This document shows positions 37,664 through 48,830 of a stretch of 51,331 bases of DNA, piece after piece. Under the pieces are notes generated by a model. It was not told the DNA's origin, made no database searches, and worked only from the letters and a program-made list of their open reading frames with translations. The translations under genes and the position numbers were made by a program. Numbering within the stretch: position 1 is the first letter of the stretch; every line of letters begins with the position of its first letter. This stretch comes from Phycisphaeraceae bacterium (GTDB lineage: Bacteria > Planctomycetota > Phycisphaerae > Phycisphaerales > Zrk34): NCBI GenBank assembly GCA_040905565.1, contig JBBDRF010000020.1:1-51331 (forward strand), read 5' to 3'.

Positions 37664-39943
37664 ATGAAAATGGGGACGATTACAAAGATGTGCTGTGTGG
37701 CTGGAGCGCTGATGCTCGGGGGGGCGTCGGGTTCGTTGCAGGCTGCGGAGGGCGAGGCTGAGAAGCTGAGCTTTTCGCGGGATGTGCAGCCGATTCTCGC
37801 GGCGAACTGCCTGGAGTGTCACGGCCCGGACCGCAACAAGGGCGGCATCAGTTTCGAGGCTTCGGCCTCGGCGCTCGCCGTGGGTGACTCCGGTGAGCAT
37901 GCGGTCGTGCCCGGCGATCCCGGCGAAAGCGAGATCATCCGCCGGGTGACTTCCGACGATCGTCAGGAGCGGATGCCGCCGCCGAAGAATGCCGAGCCGT
38001 TGAGCGAGGCGGAAGTCGCTGTGCTGAGGCGATGGATCGAGGAAGGGGCCGAGTTTGAGCCCCATTGGTCGTTCACCGCCCCCAAGCAGCCGAGCGTTCC
38101 GGAAGTGCAGCAGGAAGACTGGGCGCGCAGCCCGATCGACCGTTTCGTTCTCGCGAAATTGGAGGAGGCGGGCTTTCAGCGTTCGCCGCAGGCGGATCGT
38201 TATACGCTGGTGCGGCGGCTATACCTGGACCTCATCGGCCTCGCCCCGACGCCCGAGCAGGCGGACGCGTTTGTCAATGATGAAAGTGACGATGCGTACG
38301 AGCGGCTGGTTGACGAGCTGCTCGCTTCGCCACACTTTGGGGAGCGGTGGGGCAGGCATTGGCTGGACCTCGCGCGGTATGCTGAGAGCGACGGGTTCGA
38401 GCGCGACTACTTCAGGCCCGGTGCCTGGCGATGGCGTGACTGGGTTGTCCGGATGGTGAATGAGGATCAGCCTTACGACGCTTTTCTCACGGAGCAGCTT
38501 GCGGGCGATCTTCTTAAAAACGCCACGACCGATCAACGGCTGGCAACGGGCTTTTATCGCAATGAGCTGCAAAATACCGAAGGCGGGATCGACGTCGCCG
38601 AGGCGAAGTTCCGCAAGCCGATCGGTCAGTTGAACGCCGTCGGCACGGCGATGATGGGGCTGACCGTCGCCTGTGCCGAGTGCCATACGCACAAGTTTGA
38701 TCCGATCAAACACGACGAGTATTACCAGATGCTCGCGTTCTTCTGGGGCCAGATGGACGAACGTGATGTTCCCGCCGAGGCGTTCGAAGATCCGGCGAAT
38801 CGGGGGCAGGAACTGCACTACGGCTCACGCGGCGACGATCAACTCAAGGCGTACCTCGGCCAGGATTGGTACCACGTGGTCGTCGAGCGTGAGGAGGCTC
38901 GGCCGACGCATGTTCGCCTCCGCGGCGTCTTCCATGAGAAGGGTGAGTTGGTCGAGCCGGGCGTTCCCGAGGCGTTGCCGGAGTTGGAGCCGCGCGATCC
39001 TGAGGCCGGGCCGGACCGTCTGGATTTTGCGCGGTGGCTGACCAGCGAGGACCACCCGCTGACGGCACGCGTGGCGGTCAACCAGTTCTGGGCGAAGCTG
39101 ATGGGCGAAGGGCTTGTCGCCACGATGGACGACTTCGGCGTGCAGGGCGAACGGCCTTCGCATCCGGAACTGCTGGACTGGCTGGCGCTGGACTTCATGG
39201 AAAACGGCTGGTCACGCAAGCGGATGGTGCGGCAGATCGTGCTTTCGTCGACGTATCGGCAAAGCTCGACGCATCGCTCGGATCTTGCTGCGGTGGATCG
39301 GGATAATCGGTTGCTCGGTCGCCAGTATCAACGCCGCGCCGAAGCGGAGGTGGTGCGTGACCATGCGCTGGCTGGGGCAGGGCTGCTGGAGACGGAGGTA
39401 GGCGGGCCGAGCTTTCACGATCGCATTCCCGACGAATCGCGGAACCTGGGTTGGGGGCAGCGTTGGCACGCGGACGACGTGCCGGATGTGTATCGGCGTT
39501 CGATCTACATGGTCCATCACCGCAATACGCCGGTGCCGATGATGCCGGTGTTCGATCAGCCCGACGCAGCCATCGCCTGCACAAAGCGGGACGTTTCCGA
39601 GACGCCGTTGCAGACGCTGACGCTGTGGAACGCGCGGATCTTCGTGGAATCTGCCCAGGCGCTCGGCGTGCGAACGGCCCAGGCGGACCGCGAGCCAGCC
39701 GAAGCGGCTCAGTGGATGTGGCGACAATGGATGACGCGACCGGCCACGGAGCGGGAACTCGCCGTCGTGCTGAATGTCTACGAAGGTTTCCGCAACGAAT
39801 ATGAAGCCGATGCCGAGGCGGTGAAGGCGCTGCTGCAAGGGGCGCCGATCGCGCCGGATGAGGCGGCGATCGGCGAGGCTGCGGCCTGGACCGCCACGGC
39901 ACGGATGCTGTTGGGGCTCGATCAGACGATGACGCGAGAGTGA
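37664..39943 (+). CDS. PSD1/planctomycete cytochrome c protein (PSCyt1 + DUF1549 + DUF1553)
   Basis: FSRDVQPILAANCLECHG, HWSF, GERWGRHWLDLARYAES, CAECHTHKFDP and PSHPELLDWLA. Start could be 37658. Confidence 0.92.
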   Translation: MKMGTITKMCCVAGALMLGGASGSLQAAEGEAEKLSFSRDVQPILAANCLECHGPDRNKGGISFEASASALAVGDSGEHAVVPGDPGESEIIRRVTSDDRQERMPPPKNAEPLSEAEVAVLRRWIEEGAEFEPHWSFTAPKQPSVPEVQQEDWARSPIDRFVLAKLEEAGFQRSPQADRYTLVRRLYLDLIGLAPTPEQADAFVNDESDDAYERLVDELLASPHFGERWGRHWLDLARYAESDGFERDYFRPGAWRWRDWVVRMVNEDQPYDAFLTEQLAGDLLKNATTDQRLATGFYRNELQNTEGGIDVAEAKFRKPIGQLNAVGTAMMGLTVACAECHTHKFDPIKHDEYYQMLAFFWGQMDERDVPAEAFEDPANRGQELHYGSRGDDQLKAYLGQDWYHVVVEREEARPTHVRLRGVFHEKGELVEPGVPEALPELEPRDPEAGPDRLDFARWLTSEDHPLTARVAVNQFWAKLMGEGLVATMDDFGVQGERPSHPELLDWLALDFMENGWSRKRMVRQIVLSSTYRQSSTHRSDLAAVDRDNRLLGRQYQRRAEAEVVRDHALAGAGLLETEVGGPSFHDRIPDESRNLGWGQRWHADDVPDVYRRSIYMVHHRNTPVPMMPVFDQPDAAIACTKRDVSETPLQTLTLWNARIFVESAQALGVRTAQADREPAEAAQWMWRQWMTRPATERELAVVLNVYEGFRNEYEADAEAVKALLQGAPIAPDEAAIGEAAAWTATARMLLGLDQTMTRE

Positions 39944-39950
39944 AGGTGCG

Positions 39951-41411
39951 ATGATGGGCAGCCCCGGCAATCAGCAGGCGATGCAGCAGATGGTGGACCT
40001 GGACCGCCGTCGATTCATGACCAGTTCCGCCAGCGGGCTCGGGGCGGCTGCCCTTGCGTCACTGATGAAGCAGGACGGTCTGCTTGGCGCGGAGATCGGC
40101 AGTCGGCCGGCGAGCGCGCTCGAGCCTCACTTCGCCCCCAAAGCCACGTCGTGCATTTTTATCTTCCTCGGCGGCGGCTCAAGCCAGCTGGAGATGTTCG
40201 AGCCGAAGCCGAAGCTCAAAGAGTACGCCGGCCAGCCGCTGCCGGAGTCGATGCGGAAGCATCTGCGTTTCGCGTTCATCAGCCCAGACTCGGCACTGCG
40301 GCCGAGCAACTTCAACTTCGCGCGCTACGGCCAGTCGGGCATGCACTTTTCCAAGGATCTCGTGCCCCAAATGGCCGGTCATGCCGACGATATCTGCATG
40401 ATCCGCTCGATGCACTGCGGTCAGTTCAACCATCAGCCCGCCCACCTGAAGATGAGCACCGGCTATGACGCAGCGGGCTTCCCAAGCGTCGGTGCCTGGG
40501 TCACGTACGGTCTGGGCAGCATGTCGCAGAACCTGCCCATGTACGTCGCGCTCGCCGGCCCGCGCGTCACGGGCGGCCCGGCCAACTGGGGCAACGGATT
40601 CCTGCCGACGCGTTATCAGGGCGTCCGCTTCCGCAGCAACGGCGAACCGATCCTCTACCTTGACGATCCCAAAGGCATCTCGCGCGAAGGCCAGGCCCGG
40701 GCAGTCGAAGGGATGCGGCAGCTGGCGCAGATGCAGCAGGGGGGTAGGCCGAGCGGGATCGACGACCAGATCGCTCGGTATGAGCTGGCCTTCCGCATGC
40801 AGACAGCCGGGCCGGAACTCGTCGATCTCAGCGGCGAATCGGAGCCGCTCAAAGAGGCCTACGGCATCACCGGCGAAGGCCGCGACGGCCGCGCGCAAAA
40901 CTTCAGCACCAATTGCCTGCTCGCGAGAAGGCTTGTCGAACGCGGCGTGAGGTTCGTCACGCTTTACGACGGCGGCTGGGACCAGCACGACAACATGGAC
41001 GCCAGCCTTCAGTCCAACTGCAAACGCATCGATCAGCCCATCGCAGCGCTGCTGGCAGATCTCAAACAGCGTGGGATGCTCGAGCAGACGCTGGTCGTGT
41101 TCGGCACGGAGTTCGGTCGCACGCCCCTCACGCAGGGGCCGCACGATCAGCCGCAAGGCGGACGCGATCATCACCCTTACGCCTTCAACTTGTGGATGGC
41201 GGGCGGTGGTGTACGCGGCGGCCACGTCCACGGCGAGACCGACGACTTCGGCTACCAGATTACCGCCGACGGCGTCCACACGCATGACTTCCACGCCACG
41301 CTGCTGCACCTGATGGGCTTGAATCACACCAGGCTCACCTATACCAGTCAGGGCCGCCGATTCCGCCTGACGGATGTCGCTGGCGAGGTGGTTCGCCCGA
41401 TCCTCGCGTGA
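39951..41411 (+). CDS. DUF1501 protein with Tat-like signal
   Basis: DRRRFM, IFIFLGGGSSQLEMFEPKP, LLARRLVERGVRFV, GWDQH, EFGRTP and GRDHHP. Confidence 0.93.
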   Translation: MMGSPGNQQAMQQMVDLDRRRFMTSSASGLGAAALASLMKQDGLLGAEIGSRPASALEPHFAPKATSCIFIFLGGGSSQLEMFEPKPKLKEYAGQPLPESMRKHLRFAFISPDSALRPSNFNFARYGQSGMHFSKDLVPQMAGHADDICMIRSMHCGQFNHQPAHLKMSTGYDAAGFPSVGAWVTYGLGSMSQNLPMYVALAGPRVTGGPANWGNGFLPTRYQGVRFRSNGEPILYLDDPKGISREGQARAVEGMRQLAQMQQGGRPSGIDDQIARYELAFRMQTAGPELVDLSGESEPLKEAYGITGEGRDGRAQNFSTNCLLARRLVERGVRFVTLYDGGWDQHDNMDASLQSNCKRIDQPIAALLADLKQRGMLEQTLVVFGTEFGRTPLTQGPHDQPQGGRDHHPYAFNLWMAGGGVRGGHVHGETDDFGYQITADGVHTHDFHATLLHLMGLNHTRLTYTSQGRRFRLTDVAGEVVRPILA

Positions 41412-41552
41412 ACGGTGGGCAAGACCGTTTATTGGATTCGCGACCGGGGGGCCCGCCCAAGGCCGGGCTACGTGATTGCTGCAACTTAGCGCTTTGCTGC
41501 TGGTGCTGGGTGGGTTAGCATGGCTCAAAATGCCATTCAAAAGGTTTTTTAT

Positions 41553-44489
41553 ATGCGGAACGCGTGCGTGAGATTGGCGTCGGGGTTAGGCCTTTTGGCC
41601 GTGGTTTTTATGGCTGCGTGCAGTTCCAGCGAGAACGAGCCGACGGCGGAGAAGTCGGCGGAAACGTCGACACAGTCGGCTTCCGGTCAGAGCGCGAACA
41701 TTACGCCGGTATCAAACGTTGACCGCAGCGAAAGCGACGCAGCCGGTCCGCACGCTGCGGTGCCGGGCGTGGCGCGTCTTGATGCGTCGGGCCGGGCAGA
41801 CGACCTTGATCTCGGTCGGCTGCTGCTGGGGGAACTGAACTGTGTCGCCTGCCATCATGCCGAGCCCGCACAAGCTGCTGGGGGGGCGACCGGGGGGGCG
41901 GCGGCGTGGCAGACGGGCAAGGGCGGCCCGGATCTTAGTGAAGTTGGCGCCCGCGTCACGCCTGCCTATCTGCGTGAATATCTCGCCGATCCGCATGCCG
42001 TGAAGCCCGGCACAACCATGCCTCACGTGCTCAATGGGCTGGACGAAGCGGCACGCAGCGAAACAGTCGAAGCGCTCACCCATTTCCTCGTCAGCCAGGG
42101 CGGCCCGATCGCTGATTCCGCAGCCTTCGCCAGTGAGCGTGAGATCGAAACCGGCCGGGATCTTTACCACAGCGTCGGCTGCGCCGCCTGCCATACGGCT
42201 GATCACGGCGAGACTGCCGCGGTGCCGCTCGCTGGGCTGGCGCGGAAAACCACCGTCGAAGCCTTGACCGGTTTCCTGGCCGATCCCCACGCCACCCGCC
42301 CCAGCGGCCGGATGCCTTCGCTTGATCTCACCGATGATGAAGCACGCCGCATCGCCGTGTACCTGCTTCGCGAGCAGGCCGCACAGAGCCTTGCCGACGA
42401 TGAGGGGGAACAGCCGGGCCTGGATTACAAGTACTACGAGCGTCAGATGGGCAGTGCGCTGCCGAACTTCCACGCGCTCGGCGAACCTACGCAGGCGGGG
42501 GTCATTGAACAGTTCGATATCGATATCGATGGGCGGCGCGACGACGAATTCGCTATCCGCTACACCGGCGTCGTGGAAATCGATCGCGAAGGCGACTGGC
42601 AGTTCCACAGCTATTCCGACGATGGCACGAAGCTTTACATCAACGGCCAACTGGTTGTCGACAACGACGGCGCTCGGCCGCCACAGGAGCGCAGCGGCAC
42701 CATCACGCTCGCCGAGGGTCGCCATGAGATCGTGGTCGAATTTTTCGAGCAGGGCGGCGGCGAGGAACTGGCCGTCTCATGGACGCCGCCGGGCGGACAG
42801 AAGCAGGCGATCCCGGCAGACAAGCTCTTCCGGCTGACGACCCATCCCCTTCGCCCCGTCGACCACGAGCCGATCGAGGTTGATCCAGCCCTCGCCTCGA
42901 AGGGCGGGGAGCTGTTCAACGCGTTGGGCTGTGCTTCGTGTCACAACGTTGAAGGCACGCCATCGACCTTCTCCGCGGCCACGTTCGCTGAACTCACGCT
43001 CGACGGTGATGGTGGCTGCCTCGCTGAAGACCCCGCGGCCCGCCCCGTCGACTATGCCCTCAGCACGCGTCAGCTTCAACTGCTGCGCACGGCGGTGACG
43101 GAGGTCGATCGCACGCTTGAGCCGCTTGATGCGGAGCAGACGGTGGTGCATACCCTGGCAGCGATGAACTGCTACGCCTGTCACGAGCGTGACGGCGTGG
43201 GGGGGGTGCAGGATGAGCACCTTGCGTTCTTCCAGACGCTGACTGCCGTCGACATGGGTGACGAAGGGCGTCTTCCGCCGGGGCTGGATCTTGCGGGGGC
43301 GAAGCTCAAACGTGAAGCGTTCGAGCGGATCCTCTACGACGGCGAACTGCATGTGCGGCCTCACATGGCCACACGCATGCCTCAGTACGGTCAGCAGAAT
43401 CTTCACGGCCTTGTTACGGCGCTCAAAAGCACCGACACGATCGAGAGCGACTGGGGTGAGCCGAAGTCGGCCGATTTTGACGCTGGGCATCGCCTTGCGG
43501 GTATCACCGGTCTCAGCTGCGTGACCTGTCATACCTCGGACGGCTATGCGTCGCTCGGCATCCCCGGCGTCGACCTCACGAAGATGTACGAACGCCTTGA
43601 GATCGCATGGTTCCGCAAGTTCCTGAGCAACCCGCCCGCGCTGCGCGAGGACACACGCATGCCCGCGTTCTGGGAGGGCGGCAAGGTCATTCATCCCGAC
43701 ATCGCCGACGGCACGATGGAAGGCCAGATCGATGCCCTCTGGGCCTACCTCTCACTCGGCGAGTCGATGCCTCTGCCGAAGGGCGTGCAGGCTGATGGTG
43801 ATGCGTACGTTCTTGTGCCGATCGATCAGCCGATCGTCCACCGTACGTTCATGCAGGACGTCGGGCCTCGCGCCATTGCCGTGGGTTACCCGCAGCGGGT
43901 TCACCTGGCCTTCGACGCGAATCAGGTGCGGCTGGCGAAACTGTGGCGTGGCGAGTTCTACAGCGCCAGGGGCATGTGGGCCGGCCGCGGCGGGGAACTG
44001 CTCGGGCCGCTCGGCACGGACGTGATCAACCTGCCCGCGGGGCCCGCCGTCGCGCGGCTGGAAGATGTCGAACAACCTTGGCCACGCGGCGAAGCACGTG
44101 GCCGAGACATCGGCGGCAAGTTCACCGGCTACGCACTCGATGATGAACAACGGCCGACCTTCTATTACGAGCTGCAGGGCCTAACCGTCGCGGAGAAACC
44201 GATTCCCGTGACCCGCCTCGGCGGCAGCGGCATGAATCGGCGTTTCACCCTCACCGCCGGCGACGCGTCGGAATCCGCCTACCTCCTCGCGCTCCGTGGC
44301 GACGCCATTGAGGAGCTGGGCGACAACGCCTACCGCAGCGACGCCGGCCTGACCGTACGCCTCATCAGCGAAGACGGCAGCTCGGTTCCGACGCTCGTGC
44401 GCGCGGTCGACAATCAAAGCGAACTTCTCGTGCCGGTGCAGCTCGAAGCCGGGCAGACGCTGACAATCGAAATGGAGCTGTCATGGTGA
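41553..44489 (+). CDS. Pentaheme cytochrome c lipoprotein with PA14 domain
   Basis: Lipobox-like FMAA-C; five CxxCH motifs (CVACH, CAACH, CASCH, CYACH, CVTCH); PA14 motifs SDDG, VVDNDG and FEQGGG. Confidence 0.88.
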   Translation: MRNACVRLASGLGLLAVVFMAACSSSENEPTAEKSAETSTQSASGQSANITPVSNVDRSESDAAGPHAAVPGVARLDASGRADDLDLGRLLLGELNCVACHHAEPAQAAGGATGGAAAWQTGKGGPDLSEVGARVTPAYLREYLADPHAVKPGTTMPHVLNGLDEAARSETVEALTHFLVSQGGPIADSAAFASEREIETGRDLYHSVGCAACHTADHGETAAVPLAGLARKTTVEALTGFLADPHATRPSGRMPSLDLTDDEARRIAVYLLREQAAQSLADDEGEQPGLDYKYYERQMGSALPNFHALGEPTQAGVIEQFDIDIDGRRDDEFAIRYTGVVEIDREGDWQFHSYSDDGTKLYINGQLVVDNDGARPPQERSGTITLAEGRHEIVVEFFEQGGGEELAVSWTPPGGQKQAIPADKLFRLTTHPLRPVDHEPIEVDPALASKGGELFNALGCASCHNVEGTPSTFSAATFAELTLDGDGGCLAEDPAARPVDYALSTRQLQLLRTAVTEVDRTLEPLDAEQTVVHTLAAMNCYACHERDGVGGVQDEHLAFFQTLTAVDMGDEGRLPPGLDLAGAKLKREAFERILYDGELHVRPHMATRMPQYGQQNLHGLVTALKSTDTIESDWGEPKSADFDAGHRLAGITGLSCVTCHTSDGYASLGIPGVDLTKMYERLEIAWFRKFLSNPPALREDTRMPAFWEGGKVIHPDIADGTMEGQIDALWAYLSLGESMPLPKGVQADGDAYVLVPIDQPIVHRTFMQDVGPRAIAVGYPQRVHLAFDANQVRLAKLWRGEFYSARGMWAGRGGELLGPLGTDVINLPAGPAVARLEDVEQPWPRGEARGRDIGGKFTGYALDDEQRPTFYYELQGLTVAEKPIPVTRLGGSGMNRRFTLTAGDASESAYLLALRGDAIEELGDNAYRSDAGLTVRLISEDGSSVPTLVRAVDNQSELLVPVQLEAGQTLTIEMELSW

Positions 44490-45988
44490 TACGCAACATG
44501 AAAGAACGATCCTGCCGTGGCACGCTGACGACGCTGATGCTCACGTTGCTGCTGCTTACCACGCCGGCTCTCGCGGCCGATCCGCCCGTCGAATCCGACT
44601 ACTACCGCATCATCACGGTGCCCGTCCCGGACGATGTCGTCCTCGAAGTCGGCGGCCTTGCCACGCTCGACGATGAACGTGTCCTCGTCGCCACACGGCG
44701 GGGCGACATCTACAGCATCACCGGCATCTACGGCGACGAACCCAACCCGGAATACACCCGGTTCGCCACGGGTCTCGCTGAGCCGCTCGGCCTGCTCGTC
44801 CACGACGACGGCTGGATCTACACCGCACAACGCGGCGAACTCACACGCCTGAAAGACACCACCGGCAACGGCTACGCCGACCGCTTCGAAACGGTGAGCG
44901 ATGCGTGGGAGATCAGCGGCAACTATCACGAGTACAACTTCGGGCCCCGCCTCGACCACGATGGCAACTTCTGGATCACCACCAACAAGCCCTTCGGCGG
45001 CGAACCGTGGGGCAAGGCCGACTGGCGCGGCTGGGCACTGAAGATCACCCCCGATGGGGAAATGCAACCCGTCGCCAGCGGCCTCCGCTCGCCGGCCGGC
45101 ATCGAAATCTCGCCCGACGGCGAAGCCTTCTACAGCGACAATCAGGGCGAATGGACCAACGCGTCTAAAATTTCGCACATTGCCGAGGGTGATTTCCACG
45201 GCCATCCCCACGGCCTGTTCACCTTCGACAGTCATGGCGATCAGATCCCCTTCGATCCCCCCGGCGACGTGCCTTCCGGCGAGTTCATGATGGACCTCAC
45301 CGAGCAGATTCCCTCCTTCAAGATGCCCGCCGTCTTCCTCCCGCGCGACCGCCTCGGACGCAGCCCCGCCGGCATGGTGTGGGACACCACGGAAGGCGAA
45401 TTCGGGCCGTTCGAAGGCCAGCTGTTCGTCAGCGATCAGTATGAAGCGGCCGTCTACCGGGTCGCACTCGAGCAGGTCGGCGGGCACTGGCAGGGGGCGG
45501 TCTTCCGCTTCCGTGAAGGATTCCAGTGCGGCATCGTCCGCGTGGCGTGGGGGGCGGACAATTCCATGCTGGTCGGCATGAGCCAGCGCGGCTGGGGCGC
45601 GCTCGGCGGCAGCCCCTATGGTTTGCAGCGTCTGGAATGGACCGGCGAAATGCCCTTCGAAATACACACCATGCACGCCACGCCCGACGGTTTTGAATTA
45701 ACCTTCACGCAGCCGGTCGATGCGGAGACTGCTGCGGCTGTGAGTAACTACGAACTAGTCAGTTATACGTATCGCCTTCGCTCAGACTACGGCGGACCGG
45801 ATGAAGACAAACAAACCATCGCTATCGAAGGGATCACGGTTGCTGAAGACGGGCGCAGCGTTCGGCTGACGGTGAGTGAACTCAAGCGCGGTTACGTCCA
45901 CGAGCTTCGCCTGCCGGGCGTCCGATCCGCGGAGGGGCTGCCCTTGCTGCACGACACGGCGTTCTACACGCTGGTGAACATCCCGTGA
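44483..45988 (+). CDS. Secreted beta-propeller (sorbosone-dehydrogenase-like/DUF7133)
   Basis: ESDYYRI, LEVGG, ATRRG, YHEYNFG, GLRSP and DNQGEW motifs; overlaps the upstream cytochrome gene. Confidence 0.85.
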   Translation: MVIRNMKERSCRGTLTTLMLTLLLLTTPALAADPPVESDYYRIITVPVPDDVVLEVGGLATLDDERVLVATRRGDIYSITGIYGDEPNPEYTRFATGLAEPLGLLVHDDGWIYTAQRGELTRLKDTTGNGYADRFETVSDAWEISGNYHEYNFGPRLDHDGNFWITTNKPFGGEPWGKADWRGWALKITPDGEMQPVASGLRSPAGIEISPDGEAFYSDNQGEWTNASKISHIAEGDFHGHPHGLFTFDSHGDQIPFDPPGDVPSGEFMMDLTEQIPSFKMPAVFLPRDRLGRSPAGMVWDTTEGEFGPFEGQLFVSDQYEAAVYRVALEQVGGHWQGAVFRFREGFQCGIVRVAWGADNSMLVGMSQRGWGALGGSPYGLQRLEWTGEMPFEIHTMHATPDGFELTFTQPVDAETAAAVSNYELVSYTYRLRSDYGGPDEDKQTIAIEGITVAEDGRSVRLTVSELKRGYVHELRLPGVRSAEGLPLLHDTAFYTLVNIP

Positions 45989-46027
45989 GAGCGGGGCAGG
46001 GGGGCGGGTGACGGTGGGGAGGGGCCG

Positions 46028-46056
46028 TGGTATAATGATTGTGACTTTTGTCACGA
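46028..46056 (+). promoter_or_regulatory. Extended -10 promoter followed by a Rex/CRP-like operator
   Basis: TGGTATAAT at 46028-46036; TTGTGACTTTTGTCACGA at 46039-46056. Confidence 0.65.
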
Positions 46057-46120
46057 ACCTCTCTCCGCCGTGTGAGCGAGGACGGGCAAGCGTGAGCGAT
46101 AGGTTCAAGGAGTCGGCACG

Positions 46121-46681
46121 ATGGGCGTGGAGTTCGCAGCAGATAACTACATGACAACGCAGTTGCGGTCCGCGGTGAACTGGGCGAGGCGTTCAAGCGT
46201 CTGGCCCCTTCCGTTCGCCACCGCATGTTGCGGCATCGAATTCATGGCCACCGCCTGTAGCCGCTACGATCTCGCCCGTTTCGGGGCTGAGGTCGCACGC
46301 TTCACACCGCGCCAGGCTGATCTTCTGGTCGTCGCCGGCCGCGTCGCGGTGAAGATGATGCCCGTGCTTCAGCGGATTTATGAACAGATGACCGAGCCCA
46401 AGTGGGTGCTTTCGATGGGCGCCTGTGCGTCCACCGGTGGCGAGTTCGATACCTACGCCGTCGTGCAGGGCGTGGATCAGTTCATTCCCGTCGATGTTTA
46501 CGTGCCCGGTTGTCCGCCGCGGCCGGAAACGTTGATGGAAGGGATCATGACCATTCAGCGTATTATTGATCAGGACGGCATGCCCCCGCGTGGCGGGCTG
46601 AGGCAGCCGCTTCAGATCGCCGTGCCCGGCACGCACACCGTTCGGCCGCAGCCGGTACCGTTGACGGTGGGCGGATCCTGA
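46121..46681 (+). CDS. nuoB: NADH-quinone oxidoreductase subunit B
   Basis: [25 protein letters not shown] and [21 protein letters not shown]. Confidence 0.95.
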   Translation: MGVEFAADNYMTTQLRSAVNWARRSSVWPLPFATACCGIEFMATACSRYDLARFGAEVARFTPRQADLLVVAGRVAVKMMPVLQRIYEQMTEPKWVLSMGACASTGGEFDTYAVVQGVDQFIPVDVYVPGCPPRPETLMEGIMTIQRIIDQDGMPPRGGLRQPLQIAVPGTHTVRPQPVPLTVGGS

Positions 46682-46747
46682 TCCGACCCCGGAAGTCGGC
46701 GCAGAGGTGGAAATGGGCGATCGGCCCTCATAAACAAGTAGAGCGTT

Positions 46748-46779
46748 GGCCCCGCGCATGCCGCGGGGCCTTTGCATTT
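46748..46779 (+). terminator. Probable intrinsic terminator after nuoB
   Basis: GGCCCCGCG-CATGC-CGCGGGGCC followed by TTTGCATTT. Confidence 0.65.
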
Positions 46780-46894
46780 ACGCCCCGGGTGTGGGGCTGA
46801 ATGAGAATCAGGAACCTTCTGAAGCTGACCCCCGGAACGGGTCGATGAAGTTCGAGCGGGCCTCGATCGCGACTGGAAAGTCTGGATAGGACAT

Positions 46895-48721
46895 ATGAAG
46901 ACAATGACGACGACTCTGACGCGCAACAAAAAACTCATCGCATGGGTTGAGCAGATGGCGGAGCTTTGCCAACCGCGTGAGATCCACTGGTGCGACGGTT
47001 CAGAGGCGGAGTTCGACGCCCTTGCCGACCGCCTCGAGGAGAGCGGGACCTGGCGCAAGCTCAATCCGGACAAACGGCCGCACAGTTACCTGGCGCTATC
47101 GGATCCCGAAGATGTCGCACGCGTGGAGGATCGCACCTTCATCTGCAGCGAGCGCGAGGAAGACGCCGGCCCGACGAACAACTGGTCCGATCCGACGCAG
47201 ATGAAGCGGACGCTGCGCGGGCTTTTCGACGGTTGCATGGTCGGCCGCACCATGTACGTCATCCCCTATTCCATGGGCCCGATCGGCTCGCCGATCGCGC
47301 ACATCGGCGTGCAGATCACCGACTCCGCTTATGTCGTCTGCAGCATGCGCATCATGACGCGCATGGGCCAGGCCGTTCTCGACCAGCTCGGCGAAGACGG
47401 CCGGTTCGTCCCGTGCATGCACTCGGTCGGCTACCCCCTCACGCCCGGCCGATCCGACGTCCCCTGGCCCTGCGATACCAAGAACCGCTACATCACGCAC
47501 TTCCCCGAAACCCGCGAGATCTGGAGCTACGGCTCCGGCTACGGCGGCAACGCGCTGCTCGGCAAGAAATGCTTCGCCCTCCGCATCGCCAGCGTCATGG
47601 CGCGCGACCAGGGGTGGCTCGCGGAGCACATGCTGATTCTCAAGCTCACCTCACCCGAGGGCCGCGTCAAGTACATCGCCGGCGCGTTCCCCTCCGCTTG
47701 TGGCAAGACGAACCTGGCGATGATGAACCCCTCGCTGCGAGGCTGGAAGGTCGAAACCATCGGCGACGATATCGCCTGGATGAAGTTCGGCCCCGACGGC
47801 CGCCTGCGCGCCATCAATCCCGAAGCGGGTTTCTTCGGCGTCGCGCCCGGCACGAACTACGAATCCAACCCGAACGCGATGAAGACCGTCCGCAGCAACT
47901 CCATCTTCACCAACACCGCCCGCACCGACGACGGCGACATCTGGTGGGAGGAGATGACCGAAAAGCCGCCGGCGCACCTCACCGATTGGCGCGGCAATGA
48001 CTGGACGCCCGAGTCGGACACGAAGGCTGCCCATCCCAATTCCCGCTTCACGACCCCCGCGTCGCAGTGCCCGGTCATCGCCCCCGAATGGGAAGACCCC
48101 GCAGGCGTGCCGATTGACGCGATCCTCTTCGGCGGCCGCCGTGCGACGACGATTCCCCTCGTCGCCGAGGCGTTTAACTGGCAGCACGGCGTGTTCCTCG
48201 GCTCGATCATGGGTAGCGAGCGCACCGCAGCAGCCGCGGGCAAAGTCGGCGAAGTGCGATTCGATCCCATGGCCATGCTCCCGTTCTGCGGCTACCACAT
48301 GGGCGATTATTTCAAACACTGGCTGGACATGGGCGAGCAGGGCGGGGCGACCGCGGAAAGCTTCGGGAAGCTCCCCCGCATCTATTTCGTTAACTGGTTC
48401 CGCAAGGACGAACAGGACCACCACTATCTCTGGCCCGGGTTCGGCGACAACGCCCGTGTGCTCAAGTGGATCTTCGAACGCTGCGAGGGGAAGGTCGGTG
48501 CGCACGACACGCTTATGGGCCGCCTGCCGACGCAGGACGAACTCGACCTCAGCGGCTTGAAGGTTCCCGACCAGGATCTGCACCAACTTTTCGAAGTTGA
48601 ACCCGCACGCTGGCGCGAACAGCTCGCCAAGATCGATGACCACTTCGCCCAGTTCGGCGACAAGCTTCCCACAGGCCTCCGCGAAGAATTCGAATCCCTT
48701 AAGCAACGCCTTGCCACGTAA
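46895..48721 (+). CDS. pckG: Phosphoenolpyruvate carboxykinase (GTP)
   Basis: [49 protein letters not shown] and HPNSRF. Confidence 0.98.
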   Translation: MKTMTTTLTRNKKLIAWVEQMAELCQPREIHWCDGSEAEFDALADRLEESGTWRKLNPDKRPHSYLALSDPEDVARVEDRTFICSEREEDAGPTNNWSDPTQMKRTLRGLFDGCMVGRTMYVIPYSMGPIGSPIAHIGVQITDSAYVVCSMRIMTRMGQAVLDQLGEDGRFVPCMHSVGYPLTPGRSDVPWPCDTKNRYITHFPETREIWSYGSGYGGNALLGKKCFALRIASVMARDQGWLAEHMLILKLTSPEGRVKYIAGAFPSACGKTNLAMMNPSLRGWKVETIGDDIAWMKFGPDGRLRAINPEAGFFGVAPGTNYESNPNAMKTVRSNSIFTNTARTDDGDIWWEEMTEKPPAHLTDWRGNDWTPESDTKAAHPNSRFTTPASQCPVIAPEWEDPAGVPIDAILFGGRRATTIPLVAEAFNWQHGVFLGSIMGSERTAAAAGKVGEVRFDPMAMLPFCGYHMGDYFKHWLDMGEQGGATAESFGKLPRIYFVNWFRKDEQDHHYLWPGFGDNARVLKWIFERCEGKVGAHDTLMGRLPTQDELDLSGLKVPDQDLHQLFEVEPARWREQLAKIDDHFAQFGDKLPTGLREEFESLKQRLAT

Positions 48722-48830
48722 GAGAGGGCCGGTGGGGGGGGAGATGTCCCGCTTCCTGAGCCGGAGAATGCCCGGGCCTGACGACAGCGTGGCGCTGTTA
48801 CGCTGATGGCACACCGGTGGGGGAATCGGG

